NCBI GenBank assembly: GCA_002269645.1
Contig: NIVC01001867.1
Coordinates: 124,001-188,000 of the forward strand
Direction: 5' to 3'
DNA from: Macrostomum lignano
Taxonomy: Eukaryota
DNA length: 64,000 bases
Part shown: positions 46,840-55,768 of the stretch, piece after piece
Layout of the letters: each line of letters begins with the position of its first letter
Numbering within the stretch: the first letter of the stretch is position 1
The notes under the pieces: model-generated
What the model was told of the DNA's origin: nothing
Databases searched by the model: none
What the model saw: the letters and a program-made list of their open reading frames with translations, nothing else
Made by a program: the position numbers and the translations under genes

Positions 46840-47171
46840 TTAGTCATCTTCGTCAGCCTCCCAAACCGAAGCCAATTTTACAGTCCTATCACACTTTTTA
46901 TTTTTTGGTTGTTTTAGTTTAAATTGCAACCCACCCTCCAGACTGTATTTCATAACAAACGCTTTTGGTTTATTAATAACTAAAACAGGAAAATTTTTAA
47001 CATCATCTCCGCTTAGACATAAAATTTTATGCCCATCCAATTGTAAAAATATCGATTGAAGTCCAATAAATTTAACCTGTCTCAAACATATAATATTATA
47101 TTCTTTATTCTCCAACATATTGGGGTGACATAATTAATCACATTAGAATCAGTTTTGAACCAGCTTTCCAT
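46840..47171 (-). CDS. Polinton uncharacterised beta-rich protein (1-nt frameshift near the start)
   Basis: Homolog of 26586-26918. Confidence 0.65.
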
Positions 47172-47197
47172 TTTTAATCTAAAAAAATAACAAAAAA

Positions 47198-47710
47198 ATG
47201 AAAGACATTTACGAATGTAAAAAATGTAACGTGACTATGCATAGAGCTCAAACAGCAAGCGGAGATATATATCATATGTGCTATTCATGTTCTAAAATAT
47301 ATCAATTTGAAAAAACAAAAAAGATTGAAAACTCATATTACTATTTTAAAAACACAATTTTAAGAAATCTTACAAGAGACATATCTGATCCAATTTTAAT
47401 TCCCGGAAATAATGTTTATTTATATAATAACTTTTTCCATTTAAATAAAGGAGTGGGATTAAGTTCGAAAGACTCCGAAAGGATTTTAATTTTAGTTGGA
47501 TATTATTTTAATTTTCTTATTCGAGAGAATACAAAGTTTATAAGGATAGGTAACATACCTAACGAAATGTTACTGAAAAAGTCGTTGGAATTTTTATGTA
47601 TTGATAAAAAATTTAAACCTAGGATTACAAGAGAATTACCACTTTGGGAAGAATATATAACGTATGCGTTAGAAAAACTAAACAACATTAAGTTCTACAC
47701 CACTACCTGA
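47198..47710 (+). CDS. Zn-ribbon protein (170 aa)
   Basis: CKKC...CYSC N-terminus. Confidence 0.7.
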   Translation: MKDIYECKKCNVTMHRAQTASGDIYHMCYSCSKIYQFEKTKKIENSYYYFKNTILRNLTRDISDPILIPGNNVYLYNNFFHLNKGVGLSSKDSERILILVGYYFNFLIRENTKFIRIGNIPNEMLLKKSLEFLCIDKKFKPRITRELPLWEEYITYALEKLNNIKFYTTT

Positions 47711-48333
47711 TCGCCGGCTTTGTACCCCAGTACCAATAGTTTCGGGTTCGTAAATACCTAATGTTTCTATAGGTGGAGCTTTGGGTTTATCGAGTCTCAA
47801 CTCTTTTAATTCCATATCGGTAAAAGTTTCAACATCTAAAATTCTATTTCGATCTTTTAAATATTTTTCGTATAATTCCACCGCGGTTGATAATTCATGA
47901 ATTGTTATCTCTCCGTCATCCAATATTTTTTGCACATATAAATATAACTGATTTTTATATTGTTTAGCAATATCTCTTAATGATTTATATTTATCCTTTC
48001 TTTTTTTAAGATATAATTTAATTGCTAAAAGTATTGATAAGTTTCTGATCATTTCAAAACCTGATATTGAGCCAATTGAAATACCTAAAAATAATTGAGA
48101 TAAATTAAGAGTTGGAATAGATTGTAAAATACCTAAAACGATTACACATAACATTGATAAGCTTCCAAATCCAATATTGAAAAAATCCATATTTCTGATA
48201 TGGTTTGAAACTCTTCTTACTTTTTTGGTATATAAATCATAATCATAGTTAATACGATCAACATTACTTAACATGTGACCTTGCGTTGGTTAAAATGGTC
48301 ACGTTCCCTTTTATCTGCTTCAGATACCGACAT
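47678..48333 (-). CDS. Two-TM membrane protein (frameshift near the start)
   Basis: Homolog of 25431-26084. Confidence 0.7.
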
Positions 48334-48644
48334 TTTCGTCTATTTTTAATAGCACCAAAATGAATTCCCGCGCTCTTTGGGTATTTGCCCGAGCTTAATA
48401 GGTATTGTATTGGAGTGATTCTTTCTTTTTTCTCCCATTTAAATCCAATTTTCCAAAACTCTTGAAGTATAATATGATTTTTTAATAGTTTAATTAATTC
48501 TTGAAGCTTCTTGTTATCCTGAACATTTACAGTACTAAATAAAAATTTGGTATGAGATTTGAATGTTTTTATATTTGATTCTTGTTTAGGAATAGGAATA
48601 ATAACATTATTTTGCCGCATTGATGGTGTTCTACTAAAAGCCAT
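48264..48644 (-). CDS. Polinton uncharacterised protein (frameshifted C-terminus)
   Basis: Homolog of 25118-25444. Confidence 0.65.
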   Translation of the reverse strand: MAFSRTPSMRQNNVIIPIPKQESNIKTFKSHTKFLFSTVNVQDNKKLQELIKLLKNHIILQEFWKIGFKWEKKERITPIQYLLSSGKYPKSAGIHFGAIKNRRKCRYLKQIKGNVTILTNARSHVK

Positions 48645-48659
48645 TTTATATATAAATAT

Positions 48660-50591
48660 TTAAGGTATTTCGGTTTGTGGCCGTTCCAAATATGCGGTCG
48701 CAGCAAAATCATATCCTGCTGATGTGCTACCACAAACGGCTGCACCACGAATAAAATGTGCAGCATCCGATCCTCCGGTTCGAGCACCAAAACCCATAAG
48801 TGTTCCCGTTTTATCTAAATCTCCCCAAGTTCCGCTATCATATGTAAAAAAGTTTTGCCCAATTAGCGTATATGTATTAGCTGATACATTGTATGTGCTT
48901 ATTTGATACCAAACTCTTTGATTTAAAATATTAATTTCAAAAAGATGCCAATCGCCGTTATCAATATTAGCATAGGTTATAGTTTGATCTGCGTCATTAA
49001 GAACATCATTACGAACTGTTGCTCCGTCTGATTTTATATTGCTCCAAACAACCCCAACTCTATCATGCCATTCACTCGCAAACACAATCAAGCCGGCGCG
49101 GGTTGTTAACCCGGATCCAAATTCACTTGTTGGACGTTCGTGACAATATGCATAAAACCAAACCGCATCAGCACCACTTCCTGTAGCATTAGCAACTCGG
49201 AAATAGAAGGAGGCGGAGATATTACGAAAATGGGTGAAATTAAATTGCAACGCTCCAGACTGACCACTTGCTTCATCAGTAATTCTAGCACCATTTTGAT
49301 AATCAATATAAGTAGCGTTACCAACAAAACTTCCTGTTGGAAAAATATCGCCGGCGGTGGTTGGGTTTTGATATCCAGTCCAATTGCAAATTACAGGCTC
49401 GTACAAAGCGGCATCGATTGCAGGTATTCCATCCAATTTTATTTTATCGTTAAAAGACATTCGGCCATCCGCCGTTTGTGTTACTCGCGTATCAACATAA
49501 CCTTTAGTAACAACAGAACTGTTATTGTTTATAGTAGAGATATTAGTAATTGTATTACCTCCCATATCAATTGATTGATTAACCACTCCCAAATTTAAAT
49601 CAAGAATTGTAAACGTCTGTCTATAAATCTGGAAGGTTGACAGACCCGGGTTGGTTGAACCCGAGGTTGATGTAAGACAGAACAATCTGAAATATGAATA
49701 TGTTTTATCAAAATTTTGTGTGACATTAATTGTTTGAGTTGAGTTATTTATTGCTACAGAACTATCCGCAGGTATTAATACGTCCCAACTTGTATTGTCA
49801 TTACTTCCCTCAAATCGCCATGATGCTGGGTGCTCGGTTGAAGGTGATGGCCTACCACGTAAATCAATTTTATAACACATTATTGCGGAAGGGCATTGGA
49901 CTTGAATCCAATAATCGGTTTGAGTATTATTTGTTGCCCAATCTGTTGAATCATTTCCATCAAACGCTTTCCAACTTGCAAAATCAGTTGTATTAAATGC
50001 AGTGCTTGCGGTTATTGCAAAACCATTTCCACTCCAATCTGCCATGGTAGGTACGTGTCCGGTTTCAACCGTTTGGAATCGATCCTGCTTTAAGGCTCCA
50101 CCTCCAACTAAATTATCAACTTCGGTTTTGGTATAGGAATCAGTTATATCTCTTTTTAAATTTAGGGAATTATCAACTTCAGTTTTGGTATAGGAATCAG
50201 CAACATTCCGTTTTAAATTTAGGGAATTATCAACTTCGGTTTTGGTATAAGAATCGGCCGTATTGCGTTTTAAATTTAATGAATCATCTATTTGAGTTCG
50301 AGAATAAGAATCAGTTATATCTCTTTTTAAATTTAACCCATTGTCAACCTCTGTTTTTGTATATGAATCGGCTACGTTCCGTTTTAAATTTAGGGAATTA
50401 TCTATTTGAGTTTTGGTATAGGAATCTGCAACATTTCTTTTTAAATTTAGTTTAGTATCAACTTCACTTTTTTTATAACCTTCATCTTCATTAATATATC
50501 GGTTATCTCCGAATGTAACACTTATTCCACCAGAAGTACCACCACCAGTACTTGATGTTCCGTTCCATGAGGGTGTTCCAGAAAATAACAT
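48660..50591 (-). CDS. Fibre/receptor-binding protein (643 aa): 19-aa shaft repeats, F5/8C discoidin-like domain, L-lectin-like C-terminus
   Basis: ~7 YTKTEVDNSLNLKRNVADS repeats; AWKAFDG..STDW..WIQVQ...PASWRFEGSND; GADAVWF lectin-like motif. Confidence 0.8.
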   Translation of the reverse strand: MLFSGTPSWNGTSSTGGGTSGGISVTFGDNRYINEDEGYKKSEVDTKLNLKRNVADSYTKTQIDNSLNLKRNVADSYTKTEVDNGLNLKRDITDSYSRTQIDDSLNLKRNTADSYTKTEVDNSLNLKRNVADSYTKTEVDNSLNLKRDITDSYTKTEVDNLVGGGALKQDRFQTVETGHVPTMADWSGNGFAITASTAFNTTDFASWKAFDGNDSTDWATNNTQTDYWIQVQCPSAIMCYKIDLRGRPSPSTEHPASWRFEGSNDNTSWDVLIPADSSVAINNSTQTINVTQNFDKTYSYFRLFCLTSTSGSTNPGLSTFQIYRQTFTILDLNLGVVNQSIDMGGNTITNISTINNNSSVVTKGYVDTRVTQTADGRMSFNDKIKLDGIPAIDAALYEPVICNWTGYQNPTTAGDIFPTGSFVGNATYIDYQNGARITDEASGQSGALQFNFTHFRNISASFYFRVANATGSGADAVWFYAYCHERPTSEFGSGLTTRAGLIVFASEWHDRVGVVWSNIKSDGATVRNDVLNDADQTITYANIDNGDWHLFEINILNQRVWYQISTYNVSANTYTLIGQNFFTYDSGTWGDLDKTGTLMGFGARTGGSDAAHFIRGAAVCGSTSAGYDFAATAYLERPQTEIP

Positions 50592-50658
50592 TTTTTACTG
50601 TCTATTTTATAGAGTCTAAAATCGCCCCGTAGGGTCGCGGACTCCGTCCGATCGAACC

Positions 50659-51099
50659 TTAGGTTCGCATGCTTTGCATGATCATCTTAAATACTTCGGG
50701 GGTTTCCTTCGAGTTATTAATTTTATATAAAAAATACAACGCAGCCTGTCCGCAATAACTTTTATCAAAGGTTTGAAACTGTTCGTGATAATCTCCACAT
50801 AAACGATTTTTAGTATGATTAAATTTGTCTTTTATTTCCTGTAACGGAGGAAGCGCGTATGAATCAAAAAAATAAACAAGTTTTGGTTTTGAATAAACTG
50901 CTGACCAATGAACACCATTTTCTTTTGTTGTTTCAATATTAACAATGAAAGATCCATATCTTGGTAAGTCTTTTATCTCATCCCGCATAACACATCTGAA
51001 TGGTTTTAATTTTAACTGCCTCGCCCAATTTGTTAATTCGATATTGCTTGTTGTGTCTGTTCCATATCTTTGTTTGAACAACTGCCAATTCATGGTCAT
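50659..51099 (-). CDS. Adenain-like cysteine protease
   Basis: GVHW/FFDSY/QTFDKSYCG; last residues derive from a hairpin-element insertion. Confidence 0.92.
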   Translation of the reverse strand: MTMNWQLFKQRYGTDTTSNIELTNWARQLKLKPFRCVMRDEIKDLPRYGSFIVNIETTKENGVHWSAVYSKPKLVYFFDSYALPPLQEIKDKFNHTKNRLCGDYHEQFQTFDKSYCGQAALYFLYKINNSKETPEVFKMIMQSMRT

Positions 51100-51100
51100 T

Positions 51101-51274
51101 TTATGTTCCTGAAAAACTCTTGGTTTTAGTTAGTTTCGTAGGTGTGGGTTTTAATAGTTCCTTTCGGATTTTTTCTGCTTGTAATTGTTTCAATTTTGTT
51201 AGTTCGATTTCATAATTATCCTTTGCGTTTTGAACTTTTTCCGTTTGTTTTTTTAAAGCATTGTTGTTACCCAT
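51101..51274 (-). CDS. Small MG-starting coiled-coil protein (57 aa, below the ORF-track cutoff)
   Basis: MGNNNALKKQTEKVQNAKDNYEIELTKLKQLQAEKIRKELLKPTPTKLTKTKSFSGT; homolog of 22571-22780. Confidence 0.7.
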   Translation of the reverse strand: MGNNNALKKQTEKVQNAKDNYEIELTKLKQLQAEKIRKELLKPTPTKLTKTKSFSGT

Positions 51275-51284
51275 TTTTACAGTA

Positions 51285-52070
51285 CTAAACCTGTTTTATA
51301 CGTAAAATTATTGTTATTGACTGCCCACCAAAACTTATTAATCTATCGCTTTCATCTACGATCCTAATATAAATTGATTGAACGCTATATTGATTTAAAG
51401 GATAATATATTGGGGTTTGGGGTGCAACAATCATTTTCTCTCCAATTGGAACAGCAAGAAACGGGATTGAATAAATAATTCCACGTTGAACCAAAACTCC
51501 GTTATCGTCTGTTATATAACCACCGTTTGAAATGTCGGTTGTTATATTAATTGTATTTACTCCACCCTCTATATTTCCAACTGTATCACCGGTGCTTGAT
51601 GTGGTAACTATTCGGGAATTAAATCCAAGTATGGTTCTGAGTGAATTTGCAATTGTGAAATCAACCTGATATCCGGATTCGAGTGATAGTGTGAATCTTC
51701 CAGACGGTAAATCAACACCTATAACAATTGCTCCTGCTACCCAATCTCCATTAGCTGTTAATTCTCCTTCTATATAAGCATTCAAATCAGTATAGCTATA
51801 CGCACCCGGGCTAACACTAAATGTTGTCCAATTGGCTCCGGAATCTTTAGAATATCTAAATTGATTATTTGTTGCATTAATTAATTGAGGCATGTTAAAA
51901 ACCGAAAATAATATCAAACCAATTTGATAACTTAGGCTTTGATCAAGTTGTAATGGATCGCGCAATTGAATCCGTTGCTCGCTGGTTGTCATTATAAACT
52001 GTAATGTTGTACTAAATTTTGAATTAGTTCGATCTACCAATTGTTTTATAGTATTTAAATTTGTAGTCAT
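51285..52070 (-). CDS. Minor capsid protein (penton)
   Basis: Near-identical to 21775-22560. Confidence 0.75.
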   Translation of the reverse strand: MTTNLNTIKQLVDRTNSKFSTTLQFIMTTSEQRIQLRDPLQLDQSLSYQIGLILFSVFNMPQLINATNNQFRYSKDSGANWTTFSVSPGAYSYTDLNAYIEGELTANGDWVAGAIVIGVDLPSGRFTLSLESGYQVDFTIANSLRTILGFNSRIVTTSSTGDTVGNIEGGVNTINITTDISNGGYITDDNGVLVQRGIIYSIPFLAVPIGEKMIVAPQTPIYYPLNQYSVQSIYIRIVDESDRLISFGGQSITIILRIKQV

Positions 52071-52104
52071 TTTTATAGTGGGGAAATCGTGCCATAGGCA
52101 CGAA

Positions 52105-52896
52105 CTAAGTCTCTTCTTCCTCATTATCTTCTTTTATCAGATCTCTTAAGATTCGATTTTTCCTTTCTAACCTAGGGTTGATATATATATGTTTGTATTG
52201 GCTATCTTCCCAAATTTTTTTACACAAGCTTTTAAATGGTTTTGTATCCAATCCAGGATTAAATCTAGCGTGTATATTTTGTAAATCATAATTATCTAAA
52301 TCAAACATTACACAACAACTTGCATTCTTTTTTATAATCGATTCTAATTCTCTAAAGGACTGTGTTAGATAAAAAGCTCCGATTCCATCTCCTCTACCAC
52401 TAACAAAAATTTCCTTTTGCAATTCTTGATCACCGTCATTAATACAATCATCAAAAATAATTAGTGTTTTATCATTTTTTGGAATTTGATCATAGCCTAA
52501 TCGGGTTGATACTCTAACAGTTGGGGCTCGTTCGGTGATGTTTTCTGGTTCGAACCTTTGTTCGCGGACTCGTCCGACCTTCTGCCATTTTTTACATAAA
52601 TCCTCAATGTCATCGAGTGTAAATCGCGGTTCGTCATCATCCTCATATTGCTCATATGCTCTTAACATTCTAAACAAGACATCTTTTTTTAATTTGTTTT
52701 TTAATCCATGTTTAAGAAATTCATAATATTTTATTCTAGGTTTATTAGTATAAATTATTAAATTATTATAGTCTAGCATTCCATCGGTTGTTAACAGGTC
52801 ATAAACAAAGTGTGTTTTTCCTTTACCCGACCCACCAATTACTAAACAAAGAAAAGGATCATTTGGAAATATTTTATTGTGTTTTGCTTTTACCAT
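52105..52896 (-). CDS. DNA packaging ATPase
   Basis: GGSGKGKT, LIIFDD. Confidence 0.92.
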   Translation of the reverse strand: MVKAKHNKIFPNDPFLCLVIGGSGKGKTHFVYDLLTTDGMLDYNNLIIYTNKPRIKYYEFLKHGLKNKLKKDVLFRMLRAYEQYEDDDEPRFTLDDIEDLCKKWQKVGRVREQRFEPENITERAPTVRVSTRLGYDQIPKNDKTLIIFDDCINDGDQELQKEIFVSGRGDGIGAFYLTQSFRELESIIKKNASCCVMFDLDNYDLQNIHARFNPGLDTKPFKSLCKKIWEDSQYKHIYINPRLERKNRILRDLIKEDNEEEET

Positions 52897-52948
52897 TTTT
52901 TAAGTAAATAATTTAAAGTGGGGCGACGGTCGGAGACCTGCACTCATT

Positions 52949-54420
52949 TTACAATGGTGCGTCTCGAACAACCGTGCCATCAGCTTTAGCAATTGACAAA
53001 TATTCCTCTAGAAACAATACGTGGGCGTCGATTGCTGATTACCGGTTTTATTAATCTCTAACATATAATTAAGTCCAATATTGGCTATGTTTTCTTTCTG
53101 TGCCGTTAGATCATAAACAACCACTGGATGGATGTTTAGAAACTCTGTGGGTGTATACTGAGGGACGGCATATGCTTCATTTTTGGCATAATCGTGATAA
53201 TATTTTATAAAATCATTAACATCATTATTTGCAATATTTAGATTAAGAGGATCTTTAACCGGATAATATTGATCATCAACCTGCAGGCGGATATTCTGAA
53301 CATTAAACTCGTTAATTGCAGCAACTGCGTTGTCTGTTGCGGTAGCTGCTTGTGCTGCTATGTCACCCGATTGAAGCCAATATAAATCCCCATTTGCTCT
53401 TTTACTCCTTCTGTTTGTTATCTTAAACCAAACAAAAATATATCTCACCCGACGTTTTGATGTCAATATTTGCCACTGGAATGAATCCTGATTGTTATTA
53501 ATGGTTCGCATAAAGTGTCTACGATTCAAATAAAATATTTCCTGATCATGCGTTAACTGATTATCGATGTGTTTTAAAAGTGGGGCTGTTACCTCAATAG
53601 TTGGTACGACTAATTGAATTGAATCTATACGAACTGCTATATCGGTTGAAATTGAGGTTCCATAAAGTATCCTAGGCTGATATCCACCAGATATTTGCAA
53701 CTGTATCCCAAATTTTAATCCTTTCCATACCCGATTTGGTGAGAAAAACCCAAATAGTGGAAAGATTGAAAAGTCCTGCTCATATGCTGTTGCTGTGGTT
53801 AAAACCGCGACTGGGAATTTATTCTGACGATCTATAAAACCAGTATTAATATCTTTTGTATTAGTCATAGTGGTTACAACTGGAACTATGTTTGTATTAA
53901 GGTAAACAATTAGCGCTGCAGTATCTGCACCGGCTGCGTTTTGTACATTAGGGAAAACTACTGCTTGACCGTTACCTTTATCCGGCATCCACCCAACATT
54001 ATCACCAACTTGTTTTGATAAATAAGTATAATTTAAATGTTTCAAAACTCCATTAATCTCTGCGGGGTTTGATGATGTCTCAACCTCAGCACCATTAACA
54101 GTTAGTTGAGCTTGGGAAAAGCATTTATAAAACCAATCATTTTCAATTATTATTCCGGATCGATCTGCGATATCTCCGGCTGCAAGAGCAGTTCCATCAT
54201 TTCTAGTATACAACCATCTAACGCGGAAAAACGCATTTTTCATATCCAATATAGTGTTGGTTGCGCCGATGTCAAAAGTTACCGTTCCAGTAGTAAAGTT
54301 ATTTGAATTATCACTTGTTGGTAGGGTATAATTTAAATCTCTTGCTCTGACCTCATTAATATACTGTCGGTGCTTTTTGAAATGAAATTTATCACTCCAC
54401 ATAGTTTTTGTTTCAGCCAT
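52949..54420 (-). CDS. Major capsid protein (frameshift ~53030)
   Basis: Near-identical to element A MCP; the two copies break at different places. Confidence 0.8.
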
Positions 54421-54454
54421 TTTTTTAAGTTAAAAAAGTTTTTTATGTTAAAAA

Positions 54455-55141
54455 ATGAGTCAATTTATGGACGTTGATGGAGAGTTAGCGATTTATAAAG
54501 AGAAGCAAAGATATTCTGATTTTGTTAGAAATTTACAAAAAAGAAAGTTAGGAATACAATTAGCGGGTGAAAGATTTGCTGCTCCTTTTGTTAATCCTAT
54601 TACTGGGAAAATTAGTGAACTAGAAAAAACAGATAAAGATCTTCTGGAAAAAATTGCTAAAAATACTGAGCCAAAAGAGGATGAACTTTTAGATGAGCCG
54701 CCTGCTTATGATGTTGATCTAGCACAATTGAGAATTGCAGAGATTAGACGTGCAGAGATTAGGGCTGCAGAAAGGGGTGAAGAAGTTAAACAATTTCCAA
54801 GAGATGCGCCACGTAGTATTGCTGCGACAGATTTAGGTAATAATTATCGAATTGGTAACGTTGATAAAGATCGAAATGAACTATATAGAGAATTGGGCGG
54901 AGCATATAGAATTATTACTAACCCTAGGGTTAAGTTTAACCCTGATTTTTATACTAGGGATGAATTAGTAAGTGCTAAAATTTTTTATGATGATTTAGGA
55001 GTAGGAGCTGTTAAAAATACCAACTTGTATAAAAGGATTGTTGATTCTATAAATAACAAGCCGGCTGTTGGTGAAGGATTTAAAACTCCGCGAAAACTTG
55101 TTTTAGCTGCCGCGAAAGCTGCTGGACATACTGGTGTTTAA
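54455..55141 (+). CDS. Conserved Polinton uncharacterised protein (228 aa)
   Basis: Homolog of 18648-19319. Confidence 0.8.
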   Translation: MSQFMDVDGELAIYKEKQRYSDFVRNLQKRKLGIQLAGERFAAPFVNPITGKISELEKTDKDLLEKIAKNTEPKEDELLDEPPAYDVDLAQLRIAEIRRAEIRAAERGEEVKQFPRDAPRSIAATDLGNNYRIGNVDKDRNELYRELGGAYRIITNPRVKFNPDFYTRDELVSAKIFYDDLGVGAVKNTNLYKRIVDSINNKPAVGEGFKTPRKLVLAAAKAAGHTGV

Positions 55142-55168
55142 TTAATTGTTAAATTTATTTTTTATAAA

Positions 55169-55768
55169 ATGGAAACTAAAAAGATTTGTAGTCGATGTAA
55201 AGAAGAGAAACCAATGACTAAAGATTTTTTTAGATGGAGAAATGATTCAAAAAAATTTAGAAATGATTGTCGATCTTGTGAGAAAGTTATATCAAAACTG
55301 TGGAATAAAAACAATAAAGAATATATAAAAAATAAATATCACACTGATGAAAATTACAAACTTATTATCACCTCACGAAATAGAATAAATCAACTATTAA
55401 AATCAAATAATGCTCGAAAAAATAATCATACTATTGATTACCTTGGTTGCTCAATTGAATTCTTTATTGATTGGTTAAATTTCACAAAACATTATTATGT
55501 TCCAAAAGACTATGGTGGTGCTTTACATATTGATCATTTTATTCCTGCTTCTTCATTTAATTACAAAGACGAAGATCATATGAAAAAGTCTGAACATTGG
55601 ACAAATAAAAGATACTTAGCTGCTATTGATAATAAAACTAAATTTGTTAAACAACCAACAATTGAAGAATTTGCAAAACAATTGGTGCTATCATGTATTT
55701 TTAAGGCTATAAAAAATGAGCAATCATGCGACGCATGCGAACCGAAGGTTCGACCAATTAGTATTTGA
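55169..55768 (+). CDS. HNH/His-Me-finger endonuclease-like protein with N-terminal Zn finger, element-B specific
   Basis: CSRC...CRSC; YLGCS...LHIDHFIPASSF...HWTNKRYL...N resembles HNH nucleases common in large DNA viruses; absent from A. Confidence 0.75.
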   Translation: METKKICSRCKEEKPMTKDFFRWRNDSKKFRNDCRSCEKVISKLWNKNNKEYIKNKYHTDENYKLIITSRNRINQLLKSNNARKNNHTIDYLGCSIEFFIDWLNFTKHYYVPKDYGGALHIDHFIPASSFNYKDEDHMKKSEHWTNKRYLAAIDNKTKFVKQPTIEEFAKQLVLSCIFKAIKNEQSCDACEPKVRPISI

